A stretch of 64,000 nt of DNA from Candidatus Latescibacterota bacterium (GTDB lineage Bacteria > Latescibacterota > UBA2968 > UBA8231): positions 1,632,001-1,696,000 of the forward strand of contig CBDAOB010000004.1 of assembly GCA_965197905.1 (NCBI GenBank). Reading direction: 5' to 3'. The notes under the pieces are model-generated. The model was not told the DNA's origin. It made no database searches and was given only the letters and a program-made list of their open reading frames with translations. The position numbers were made by a program, and so were the translations under genes. Shown piece after piece: positions 39,154 through 48,418 of this stretch. Each line of letters opens with the position of its first letter. Position 1 is the stretch's first letter.

Positions 39154-40176
39154 ATGGCTTCCAAAATACGCCTGGGGGTGATCGGCGCCGGCTGGTTTGC
39201 CTCGCGCCGCCACTGCCCCGACATCGTGGACCATGCGGATGCCGAACTCACGGCCCTTTGCCGGCGGGACCCGGAAGAGTTGCGAGCCATGGCCAACGCC
39301 TTCGGCGATCCGGCCTGTTTTACGGACTACCGCGACCTGCTGAACAGCGACCTGGTGGATGCTGTCGTCATCTGCTCACCGCATCACCTGCATTTCGAAC
39401 ACGCCAGGGCGGCGTTGCGACGAGATCTCCCCGTCCTGTTGGAAAAACCGATCACCATCGAGCCTGAGGAGGGGCTTGCCTTGACCCGCCTTGCCCGGGA
39501 GCGCCAACTGCCGTTGGTCGTGGCGCAGAACCCGCCCTACTGGAGCCACTGCCACTTCCTGCGCGAGCAGTTTCGCAGCGGTTACCTGGGGGAACTGGAG
39601 TCGGCATCTATGAGCTTCCTCAGCAACTCCCAGGGCGTCTTCGGCGCCGAGCCGCTTGCTGTCGATATCCCTGGCGTGGTCAAACCTACGCTTTTTCGCA
39701 GTGAGCCGCAGCAGAGCGGCGGTGGCAGTCTCATCGATGGCGGCACCCACTATCTGTGTGAACTGTTGTGGTGCACCGATCTTCGCGTCTGCGAGGTCAC
39801 GGCCCAAACCAACAGCACGCGGTTGGAATCGCGGACCTCGATGACCCTGACGCTAGAAAACGGCGCCATGGCCACCTTCCTTTTCGTCAGCGACAGTCGC
39901 ATTCATGCCAAACGCCAACATGGTCAGTATTACGGTTCCCAGGCAACCGCATTGGTACGCGGGGTCCCGTTCGCCGTGACGCTGATCGCCGGCAACACCT
40001 CAACTACCGTGCGCGAAGCGGATCTGCCTCCCGCCCCGACTCCGGTGGGGGACCTGATAGCCGCCGTGAAGAACCAAGATGCCCCCGCCATGGACAGCGA
40101 GATGGCCGTGCATGTGGTCGAAATCGTGCAGGCGGCCTACCGCTCTGCCCGCGACGGACGTCGGGTCCGACTCTAA
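39154..40176 (+). CDS. Gfo/Idh/MocA oxidoreductase
   Basis: GVIGAG, DAVVICSPHHLH, LLEKP, GGGSLIDGGTH. Confidence 0.93.
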   Translation: MASKIRLGVIGAGWFASRRHCPDIVDHADAELTALCRRDPEELRAMANAFGDPACFTDYRDLLNSDLVDAVVICSPHHLHFEHARAALRRDLPVLLEKPITIEPEEGLALTRLARERQLPLVVAQNPPYWSHCHFLREQFRSGYLGELESASMSFLSNSQGVFGAEPLAVDIPGVVKPTLFRSEPQQSGGGSLIDGGTHYLCELLWCTDLRVCEVTAQTNSTRLESRTSMTLTLENGAMATFLFVSDSRIHAKRQHGQYYGSQATALVRGVPFAVTLIAGNTSTTVREADLPPAPTPVGDLIAAVKNQDAPAMDSEMAVHVVEIVQAAYRSARDGRRVRL

Positions 40177-40695
40177 TAGAATTCCTCGCGGTTGTGTCCG
40201 GCCGCGGCGAGCGGACGCCGCTTGCTCGCAGCACCCGCCAACTCTGCATCCACACTTCTCAGCAGGCCGTTGATCTCGACGATGAGCTCGTTGGCTGCCG
40301 TTAACATTTGTTCGGCCTCGTCGTAGAGCGCCTCATCACCCGCGGCAAAGCCGCGCACAACCAGTGAATATGCGGCGATACGTAGATCGATCAGATCTCC
40401 GATCAGTCGATGCAGGTTCGACAGATGGCGTGGGGGGCTTATGTGCTCATATGTCTCTCGAGTTGCCTCCAAAGCCGGAAGCACGCGTTCGTAGACGGCG
40501 GCGAGGTTGGCGGCGGTTGCCGCTCCCGACGCGCCCACGGCCGTCTCCTGTACGTCCGCTTCGATTTCGCTGACGGATTCGATGATCGGGTTCAACGCTG
40601 CGCGATAGCGGCCGACGTCGTCTAGGGAGCCGAAACGCGTGCGCGGGTCATCGTCGGCGCACGCTATCAACAGCAGCAACGGCAGCCACCCGCAT
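40173..40695 (-). CDS. Putative lipoprotein (start probably frameshifted)
   Basis: WLPLLLLIA-C lipobox-like; the ATG at 40695 is one base out of frame (removing one G gives MRWLPLLLLIAC). Confidence 0.65.
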
Positions 40696-40724
40696 AAAAA
40701 AACCGGCTTCGAATCCGAAGCCGG
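40696..40724 (-). terminator. Rho-independent terminator after the GGDEF-like gene
   Basis: CCGGCTTCG-N4-CGAAGCCGG followed by T7 on the minus strand. Confidence 0.75.
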
Positions 40725-40753
40725 CAACCCACTCTGAGTCTGGACGGTGTGCC

Positions 40754-41245
40754 TCAACGACGTCCTTCCTTTTCAAACGCCAGTCGATTCGACATCTCCT
40801 CCACCACCTCTTCGATGTAGGTTTTTCCTACCTGCCAGTCGCCGAAAACAAACTTGAAGCTCAACCCCTGGTTGCTGGCAGAGTGATCTAGCTCATCCAT
40901 CTTCGACACGGCCCCGGCGCGATCGGAATCGAAGAGAATGACAATCTCGTCACCGGAGTACCAGCGGGCGACGATGTCGCTACGACGGAACGGAACGGAG
41001 AAGGTCAATTTGACGCGGCGATCTGCCTCGGAGTAGCCGTACTCCTCGTTGAGCACGTGAATCTGGTCCAGATCGATAAAGGCGAGAATCCGCACTCCGC
41101 GGGGCATGATCTGACAAAACTGGAGAAAGGCTTCCCGCGTCCACATGCCGAAGGCGGTGTCCCAGCGCAGGTGTTCGATTTGCTCCTCGAGCGCTTCGAT
41201 CTTTTGCTGAAATCCGAATATCTTGCCGACGAGCTGCTTGACCAC
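40754..41245 (-). CDS. Divergent stand-alone GGDEF-like domain protein
   Basis: FIDLD..LNEEYGY, RRSDIVARWYSGDEIVIL. Confidence 0.8.
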   Translation of the reverse strand: MVKQLVGKIFGFQQKIEALEEQIEHLRWDTAFGMWTREAFLQFCQIMPRGVRILAFIDLDQIHVLNEEYGYSEADRRVKLTFSVPFRRSDIVARWYSGDEIVILFDSDRAGAVSKMDELDHSASNQGLSFKFVFGDWQVGKTYIEEVVEEMSNRLAFEKEGRR

Positions 41246-41348
41246 GGTGATTCAGACAGTTGGAGTGGTGGATGTAGGACGACGAAACGTCCAAATATAT
41301 TGCAGGTGATTGCCAAAGGCGAGCCCCGTGAAAAAGGTCATGTCCACC

Positions 41349-42158
41349 TCAAAGGTGTACCGGGCTCCCGGCCAGGTAGTCGCGCACGCTAGCTACGTCC
41401 TCGCGACTGGACATGTCGAGGACCGCTTCATTGGAATAGAGAACGCGAAAATGGCCCCCCAATTCGTCGATGACATACTGCGCCGCATCGGTAATCTCGT
41501 ACTCGCCCCGTGACGAAGGTTCGATGTGACGACAAGCGGTGAAGATCTCCGCATGAAAACGCCAGCAGTTCATGCTGAGACCCACCGGGTCCGGAAGCGC
41601 CTGCAGGATGGCGGGCTCGGGTTTTTCGATCACCTGTTTCATGTTGCCGAGGGCATCGCTCTCCACTACGGCGAACTTGGTCAGGCGCTCCTCGTCAATA
41701 TTGCTGAGCCCTAGCATTGCGGTGCGTGAAAAGACGGCGAGTCCCGGCCCCGTCAACGCCCGCAGTGCGCGCAGGGCGTCGACCGGATAGTAGTTGTCCG
41801 AATTGATCACCAGAAACGGTTCGACGCCCACCATCGGTTCGGCAGCCGCGACCGCGTCGGCCGTGCCGCGAGGTTGCGCTTGAACAGCGAAGCTCACTCG
41901 CAGGCGCTGGTAGCTGATTTCTTCGCCGTAATAACGGCGCAGCTCGTCGTGCTCGGGGCCGATTACGAGGCAGATGTGGCGATAACCGGCGTCTGCGAGA
42001 TTACTCAGGACGTAATCCAGAAACGGCCGGTCGATCGGGATCAACGCCTTGACGCCGGTCGCCGCGACCCGGTCCTCGTCGCTGCTCAGCGACGCGTCGC
42101 CGGATGCGTTGCGCATGCGGCTGCCCACTCCCCGCGCCATAATTACTGCCGTATCCAA
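41349..42158 (-). CDS. Sugar-phosphate nucleotidyltransferase (RmlA-like family)
   Basis: MARGVGSRMR, KALIP, QPRGTADAV, NSDNYY, EKP, RGEYEITDA. Confidence 0.9.
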   Translation of the reverse strand: MDTAVIMARGVGSRMRNASGDASLSSDEDRVAATGVKALIPIDRPFLDYVLSNLADAGYRHICLVIGPEHDELRRYYGEEISYQRLRVSFAVQAQPRGTADAVAAAEPMVGVEPFLVINSDNYYPVDALRALRALTGPGLAVFSRTAMLGLSNIDEERLTKFAVVESDALGNMKQVIEKPEPAILQALPDPVGLSMNCWRFHAEIFTACRHIEPSSRGEYEITDAAQYVIDELGGHFRVLYSNEAVLDMSSREDVASVRDYLAGSPVHL

Positions 42159-42173
42159 TGTTTACCCGATCCG

Positions 42174-43178
42174 TTAAGGTGCTCCAAACAAGAGGTTGTC
42201 GGCGGCATCCGTCAATTCGATGCCCGGGTTCCCGTCGGCCGCCAGGTGGATTGACGCGCGCGTGGCCCCGGAAGGGTCGTAGAGGTTGAGTCGCGGCTGA
42301 CCATCGCGGCTGACGCCAAACCCCGAGCGGATGCGTTGTTCGGGATCGAGTAGCCCGATGAGGGAAGTGCCGTCGGACACGACCCCGAGCACCGCCCGCA
42401 CGTGACCCTCTTGGTCGCTTAGCTCCAACAGGGCCATGCCGTCGGCGCGAGTCTTCAAGCTTGCCCTCATGGTGCCGTCCTTTCCGAGCAGCTCGAACTC
42501 GGGGATCTGCTCCTTCGATATGCCCAATCGTACGAGCGCCTCTCCTTCGGCGCTGAGAAAGCTCAGGCTGTGGGACCCGTCCGGCCGCGACCCGATACCG
42601 GCCCGGGCTTGACCGTGCTCGTCGTAGATTCCCAAACTGCCGTTGCCGTCCTCTCCGAGAGCCTGACTGCTACGGGCGCGACCGTGGTTGTCGTAGAGCT
42701 CCACAAACGGAGTGCCCTCCGGACCCACCGCCAGTCGAATGCGCTCGCGCCCCTCATCGTCGTTGGCGCGCAATCCAGGTCCGGGTTCGCGATCTGTGCA
42801 CATGGTGACGACCGCGCGCCCGGCGCGATCCATCAACTCGAGCTGTGCTCCGCCTTCGGCGCTTACCGACAGTGTTGCCCGGGTTTCTCTGGCCGCGTTG
42901 CGCAACACGAATCGGCGCGCCGCAACGGTGTCTTGACGCAGCCACCAGACCAGAAGCAGGAGCCCGGCCAGGGCCAGGGCGGCACCGCTGGCTGTAGCAG
43001 ACAAGTAGAGCTGGTTTTGGAGCCGGTCGTTGTGCTCTTGAAGCTCCCGCAGGTGATCGGTGATCTCGTCACCGGCAAGCGCGGCGGATGGAAATAACCC
43101 TGTCAAACAGGATGCGATCAGCAGCACGAAAACGAGGGTATCGCCGCGAAATACGGGACGAACAATCGCGCCAGTCAT
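42174..43178 (-). CDS. Membrane-anchored protein with ~10 tandem 23-aa beta repeats
   Basis: Signal peptide, short coiled coil, TM helix, then (R)xxLxxxxDGxxxLxLxDxxG repeats. Confidence 0.8.
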   Translation of the reverse strand: MTGAIVRPVFRGDTLVFVLLIASCLTGLFPSAALAGDEITDHLRELQEHNDRLQNQLYLSATASGAALALAGLLLLVWWLRQDTVAARRFVLRNAARETRATLSVSAEGGAQLELMDRAGRAVVTMCTDREPGPGLRANDDEGRERIRLAVGPEGTPFVELYDNHGRARSSQALGEDGNGSLGIYDEHGQARAGIGSRPDGSHSLSFLSAEGEALVRLGISKEQIPEFELLGKDGTMRASLKTRADGMALLELSDQEGHVRAVLGVVSDGTSLIGLLDPEQRIRSGFGVSRDGQPRLNLYDPSGATRASIHLAADGNPGIELTDAADNLLFGAP

Positions 43179-43269
43179 GGCACAGATCTCCTTCTTTTTT
43201 ACGCAACTAAAAGGACTGCTGGCAAACTGTCGCCAAGTCCCGGAGCATTTTCAGGGGCATGACCAGGAT

Positions 43270-44055
43270 TCACGCCGAGGCTCCGGAATAATGTTTGACC
43301 CCCTGTTTCCACGTCAACCGCGATGCGACCAGCATGGTCGCGGCCAGCGCGATCGCAACCACCAGGTTTTCCAACGTGAGCCGACCGAGCAGAGCCTCCG
43401 TCGGCACGGTGACCGCGAAGGCAATCGGAATCAAGAAGGTCAGCGTAGCGCGCAGCCACCGGGGATATACCCCCACCGGCCAGCGGCCCGCTTCGTACAT
43501 GCTCTGAAAGATGACCAAGATATTTTCGATCTTCACGAACCAGAAGGTGAACGTGGCCAGGATCACCCAGAAACTGTATACGATCACCGTGCCCATAGCC
43601 AACGCGATGGCGAAGCCACCGACCTGCATGAGCTCCAGGTCGTTCTCGAGTCGTGCCATTGCGATGCTCAACACCACCACCCCGAGCCCCACATCCGCGA
43701 GCCGCCAGGTGCGCATCTCGCTCAGACACACCAACACCTGAGCGTCTTCCGGTTTGGTCAGGGTAAAGTCCAGGGTCCCACTGCGCACATCCTCCATAAA
43801 ACGCTGCATGCTGGGTTGGATCACCAACCCGATCAGCCCGCCCATGAGCAGATACACCCCCAACAGCGCCACCAGCTCCACCGGACTCCATCCTCGGAGA
43901 TCCTCCGTATGCGCGAAAATGACCGCCAACCCGGCCAGGGATGTCCCCAGGGTCATGGCAGCCTGTAGCAGTTGCACCAGGAAATTGGTGCGGTACGCCA
44001 TCTCGTTCATGAGACCGATGCGGAAGAACAGGACAGCCAGACGCAGGAGATTCAC
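43270..44055 (-). CDS. ABC-2 family permease (DUF990-type)
   Basis: MAYRTNF, GTLDFTLTKP, GRWPVGVYP, YSGASA. Confidence 0.92.
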   Translation of the reverse strand: MNLLRLAVLFFRIGLMNEMAYRTNFLVQLLQAAMTLGTSLAGLAVIFAHTEDLRGWSPVELVALLGVYLLMGGLIGLVIQPSMQRFMEDVRSGTLDFTLTKPEDAQVLVCLSEMRTWRLADVGLGVVVLSIAMARLENDLELMQVGGFAIALAMGTVIVYSFWVILATFTFWFVKIENILVIFQSMYEAGRWPVGVYPRWLRATLTFLIPIAFAVTVPTEALLGRLTLENLVVAIALAATMLVASRLTWKQGVKHYSGASA

Positions 44056-44846
44056 GATCCCACCGCCGCGTAGCGTTTGGCACCCCGTCCCCAGACCAGC
44101 GATAAAAGGCCGAACCCGAAAAGAATCCAGACAGCCTGCGCCACCAGCCCACGTTGAATCTCCGCTACACTCAGCTGACCGAGCACGAGTTCCACCGGAA
44201 ACGCCAGCATCCACGGAAACGGCGACAGCGAGGCCACCTGTTGGACCCAGGCAGGCATCAGTTCCAGCGGCGCCATGCGCCCCGCTAGGAACAGCATGGC
44301 GAAGAAGTAGACCTGATTGAGCGCGGCCACCCGCGTGGTCCAAAAGGCGGCCAGGGCCAGACTCCATTCCACAAAGAACCGGAGTACGAACGCCAGCGCC
44401 AGGGTCGGAAGAAAAGCCGCCAACCTCCACGGGACCAGATCCATGCGCGGTTCGAAAACCAGCACCAGTGCGACCGTCGCCGGCGCCAACACGACCATGG
44501 TGATGGTTTTGAAGGCGATGTTTTCGGCGACGTCCCGATGTAGGGGATGTAGCGGCTGCAGCAGCAACGGTGAAAACTCACCAGTGCGTACGCGGAACTC
44601 GAACACGAACATGTTCCAGGTAAACGTTAGGTGGTGCACTATCATCATGACCAGGAAGTAGGCCGCGAAGTCGCCGCGGGTATACCCGCCCACGGCGCCC
44701 CCTTGCGAACTTGCCACGGCGATCCACACAGCCAGGTAGATGACCGGCTGCATCACCAACCCCAAAAGCCAGATGATCATTTCGGCGCGGTACTGGAACT
44801 GCAGCGCCAGAGAGGTTTTGAAAAGGGTCCAGTAGATGCCGAGCAA
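44052..44846 (-). CDS. ABC-2 family permease (DUF990-type)
   Basis: QYRAE, VRTGEFSPLLLQP, FPVEL, RYAAVG. Confidence 0.92.
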   Translation of the reverse strand: MLGIYWTLFKTSLALQFQYRAEMIIWLLGLVMQPVIYLAVWIAVASSQGGAVGGYTRGDFAAYFLVMMIVHHLTFTWNMFVFEFRVRTGEFSPLLLQPLHPLHRDVAENIAFKTITMVVLAPATVALVLVFEPRMDLVPWRLAAFLPTLALAFVLRFFVEWSLALAAFWTTRVAALNQVYFFAMLFLAGRMAPLELMPAWVQQVASLSPFPWMLAFPVELVLGQLSVAEIQRGLVAQAVWILFGFGLLSLVWGRGAKRYAAVGS

Positions 44847-44857
44847 TCTGTTCTCCG

Positions 44858-45832
44858 TTATTGGGCGAACACCTGTGCTATGACCTCTTCTATGGGGGGG
44901 TCTTCTACGGTGAGATCCAACACCGGCAAATCGGTCAACAACCGCGCGGTGATCTGTGGCGTGTCCGACTTTGGAACCCGCAGGGTTGTGCGTCCCGCTT
45001 CCTGATGCATCACTTCGCCATAACCACCGAGATCTTTTTCTCCGTTGGCCAACTCGACAATGATCGTTTTGTGAGGGGAGAATCGCTGTACCAGATCGAC
45101 CAGATCACCGTCGAAAAGCAACGCCCCGCGATGGATAACCACGACGCGCTTGCAGAGTGCTTCCACGTCTGCCATATAGTGACTGGTCAGGAGAACGGTG
45201 GCACCGTAGCGCAGGTTATACTCGGTGACGAAGGAGCGAATACGGCGCTGCATGGTGACATCCAGGCCGAGGGTAGGTTCGTCGAGGAAGAGAATGCGGG
45301 GACGGTGCAACAGGGCGACAGCGATCTCGCATTTCATACGTTCGCCGAGAGACAGGTTGCGCACTGGTTTGTCCAAGAGGCCGTCTAGGTCCAACAGCTC
45401 GCACAGTTCCTCGAGCGCGTTGCGATATTCGTGTGGGTCGAGACGGTAGATCGCCCTGTTCCTTTCGAAGGAATCGCTTACCGGCAGGTCCCACACCAAT
45501 TGGTTCCGATTTCCCATGACCAGAGTGATCTGCCGCAGAAACATCTTTGACCGGCGGAACGGATCGTGGCCCATTACATGGCAGTGGCCGGCGGTGGGGT
45601 ACAGCAACCCCGCGAGCATTTTGAGGGTTGTCGTTTTTCCGGCTCCGTTGGGCCCGAGGAACCCCACCACTTCACCCTCGCTCACCTGGAAATCGATCTT
45701 CGTAACCGCTTCGACCTCACGGGTTTCGCGGTGCAGCAAGCTTTTGAAGGCGGCCACAACCCCCGCACCGCGAACGGGAACGGTGTAGATTTTGGTGAGA
45801 TCGCGAACCTGAATCGCGGGTTCGTGAGCCAC
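44858..45832 (-). CDS. ABC transporter ATP-binding protein
   Basis: GPNGAGKTT, LSLGERMK, LFLDEPT, SHYM. Confidence 0.96.
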   Translation of the reverse strand: MAHEPAIQVRDLTKIYTVPVRGAGVVAAFKSLLHRETREVEAVTKIDFQVSEGEVVGFLGPNGAGKTTTLKMLAGLLYPTAGHCHVMGHDPFRRSKMFLRQITLVMGNRNQLVWDLPVSDSFERNRAIYRLDPHEYRNALEELCELLDLDGLLDKPVRNLSLGERMKCEIAVALLHRPRILFLDEPTLGLDVTMQRRIRSFVTEYNLRYGATVLLTSHYMADVEALCKRVVVIHRGALLFDGDLVDLVQRFSPHKTIIVELANGEKDLGGYGEVMHQEAGRTTLRVPKSDTPQITARLLTDLPVLDLTVEDPPIEEVIAQVFAQ

Positions 45833-45921
45833 TTCAGTACTCCTGTATAGGGGCGGGATTTCCTACCTTTGCGCTGCCGGTTGGCACGTCCGAATCTAAA
45901 ACAATCCAACCACCACGCCAG

Positions 45922-48309
45922 ATGCCTCGCTGCGCTCGATACGCTTTCTTGGTTTTTGTATTAACCCTGGGTTGCTACACCCGCTTTGTGGGACTCAGTC
46001 GGGGGCACACCAACCCGCCGGTGGGAAGCGCGGAACATGCCTCTGTGGGGGGATCGTTCTACCACTTCCACCCGGACGAAGCCACCCTGATGCGCGCCGG
46101 GCGTGAGCTAAAATCGCCGTTCGACCCGCCGCTCACTGCCTATGGGCTCGTCCCGATCTACCTGGCGCGGTCGGTACTGGAAGGGATCGGGTTGTTTTCC
46201 CCTGCGCATACAGAGGTTCCCGAACGCCGGCAGTACATCGCCCTACGGTTCGTTTCGGCCCTGCTGTCGGTGGGGTGCCTGGCTCTGGTATGGGTTGTAG
46301 CGCAGCGATTCCTCGATCCTTGGAGTGCCCTGTTGGCGCTCTACTTCACCGCGGTCGCTCCCGTCGCCATTCAACAAGCCCACTTCTTCACCGTCGACGG
46401 CCTGTTCACGGTGATCGCCCTTGCCGCCTTCTACACCTTTCTGCGCGCGGTGGCGCAGGGCACATGGGTTTGGTTCGTCGCGGCCGGTCTGCTCATTGGC
46501 ATCGCCGGCGCCACGCGGCTGAACGGATTGCTCTTAGGGCCGGTGCTCGCGGGAAGCGTGGTGATGATGCGTGGTCCCGCCGCTCTGCGCCAGCCGCACC
46601 TGTGGCTCTCGGCGCTGGTGGCGACGGCGACACTGCTGGCGCTGCAACCCTATCTGGCAACCGAGCCCAGCCTCCTGTTTAGCGGTACGACCTCCGACGA
46701 TCTGCACTTTTCGCTCCAGGTCGCCCGCGGCGAGATCCTCCGCTCCTGGACCGTGGCCGACCTACACACCATCCCCTACCTGCACTACTGGACCGACCTG
46801 TGGCCGTTGTCGGTCGGGTGGCCATTGACGGTCGTCTTTGCCGCCAGCCTGGGGTACGCGGTTTGGCGTCGTCGCCCCGTGGGGTGGCTGATTCTCGGAT
46901 GGTCAGCTCTCTATTTCGCGCTGATCGGCGGGTTGCACACCAAACATGTGCGTTACCTGTTGCCGCTGTTGCCGTTTTTCGCGTTGCTGGCGGGCGACTT
47001 CTGCGGCCGGCTGGCGCAGTCGACGCGCGTTCGCCGAATTGGAATCAGCGTTGGTAGCGTCGCGGTGCTGCATGCTGGAGTCTACGGAGTGGCGTTTTCC
47101 CAGTTGTACACCGTCGAAGACAGCCGCATCCAGGCGGCCCGTTGGATGGAGGCGAGTGTGCGTCAGGGCGCGCGCGTCGGCGTGGAGCGCGGTGGATTTA
47201 CCCTGCTGCCCCTGGTGTCTCAAGATCGCTTCGTCCCCGTGGTGCTCAACTTGAGCACCCTGTTCGAAGCGCGTGGGTACATGTCGTGTGAAGCACAGTT
47301 CGAGTACCTGCGTCACGACCGTCTAGTCGATCTCGATTACATCGCCATCGTCGACGTCAACCGCTACGCCCAGTACATCGCAGCCCCGCGGCTGCTTCCG
47401 GTGGCCGCCGGATTTTACCGCCGGCTGGTTCAGGGTGTTCTCGGGTTTGAGCTGGTAGCCCGTTTCAAGAACTACCCGTCGTGGGCCCGGTTTCAGTTCC
47501 GCGACGATGGCGCCGAGGCCTCCTTCATCGGCTACGACCACCCCGCTGTCTACGTTCTGCAACGGAAGAGCGACGAGGCGATGGCAGCTGCGATGGCGCA
47601 GTGGCGGGATGAGCTGTCCAGAAATCGCGACTGCGCCGATCTGCTGTTGAAGAAGGCCGCCCAAGCTTTTAGCGAAGGCCGCTTCGAGGAGGTCGCCGGT
47701 GTCGCGGCGGAGGTGGTGGCGCAACATCCCGATCTGCCGCTGGTTCACTATATGCAGGCCGCGGCTAACCGGCGGCTGGGACTGCCCGATTCGGGGGCCA
47801 CTGACCGCTTCGTTGACGGTTTCGAGAACCGCGCGACTCACGTGTTGCCGTGGGCCAGCGCCATGAGTTTTGCGGTCTTGGGCGTACCCGAGTTGGCCAT
47901 AGAGGTCGTGCGACGATTCGGCACTGCCACCCATCACCCGCCGGCGTACCACCAGGATCTATCGCGCTCCTACCTGATCCTCGCAAACCTCATCTACCGA
48001 AGAGGGGCGTTGACGGCCGCAAAGCAGGCGTACGAGCTCGCCGACCAGCTTTACCCCAGCTCCGCCGCAAACAATCGGCTTGCGGTCATCGCTTATCGCG
48101 GCGGGCGCTACGAGCGCGCCGTCCAGTTTTGGTCCGCATCGCTTCGCATCGATGAGAAACAGGCTGGAATTCACGCCAATGTCGGTCAGGTTCTTGCCAA
48201 ACACTCAAGTTCGTTGGACCAGGCACGGCACCATCTGCAGCGCGCCACCGAACTCGACCCTGGGCTGGAATCGGAACTGGGTGGGTGGATCACGGATCTA
48301 GGTCCCTAG
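45922..48309 (+). CDS. GT-C (PMT/ArnT-like, family 39) glycosyltransferase with C-terminal TPRs
   Basis: FHPDE, QQAHFFTVD, RYLLP, DSRIQAARW, YDHP; multiple TMs; TPR-like tail. Confidence 0.85.
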   Translation: MPRCARYAFLVFVLTLGCYTRFVGLSRGHTNPPVGSAEHASVGGSFYHFHPDEATLMRAGRELKSPFDPPLTAYGLVPIYLARSVLEGIGLFSPAHTEVPERRQYIALRFVSALLSVGCLALVWVVAQRFLDPWSALLALYFTAVAPVAIQQAHFFTVDGLFTVIALAAFYTFLRAVAQGTWVWFVAAGLLIGIAGATRLNGLLLGPVLAGSVVMMRGPAALRQPHLWLSALVATATLLALQPYLATEPSLLFSGTTSDDLHFSLQVARGEILRSWTVADLHTIPYLHYWTDLWPLSVGWPLTVVFAASLGYAVWRRRPVGWLILGWSALYFALIGGLHTKHVRYLLPLLPFFALLAGDFCGRLAQSTRVRRIGISVGSVAVLHAGVYGVAFSQLYTVEDSRIQAARWMEASVRQGARVGVERGGFTLLPLVSQDRFVPVVLNLSTLFEARGYMSCEAQFEYLRHDRLVDLDYIAIVDVNRYAQYIAAPRLLPVAAGFYRRLVQGVLGFELVARFKNYPSWARFQFRDDGAEASFIGYDHPAVYVLQRKSDEAMAAAMAQWRDELSRNRDCADLLLKKAAQAFSEGRFEEVAGVAAEVVAQHPDLPLVHYMQAAANRRLGLPDSGATDRFVDGFENRATHVLPWASAMSFAVLGVPELAIEVVRRFGTATHHPPAYHQDLSRSYLILANLIYRRGALTAAKQAYELADQLYPSSAANNRLAVIAYRGGRYERAVQFWSASLRIDEKQAGIHANVGQVLAKHSSSLDQARHHLQRATELDPGLESELGGWITDLGP

Positions 48310-48418
48310 GCTCGTCCGAGGAAACGTAGTCGGCAAAGGTTGGCTTGATCATGGGGACCCAGCGAATATCTTCTCAAGATATCTGACTTTCCCCGCCACC
48401 AGGTCGAAGCTGGAACCA

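Noticed and set aside
45881..45900. TTGGCAC as a sigma54 promoter for the GT-C gene
   Set aside because: The -12 TTGC element is missing at the required spacing.
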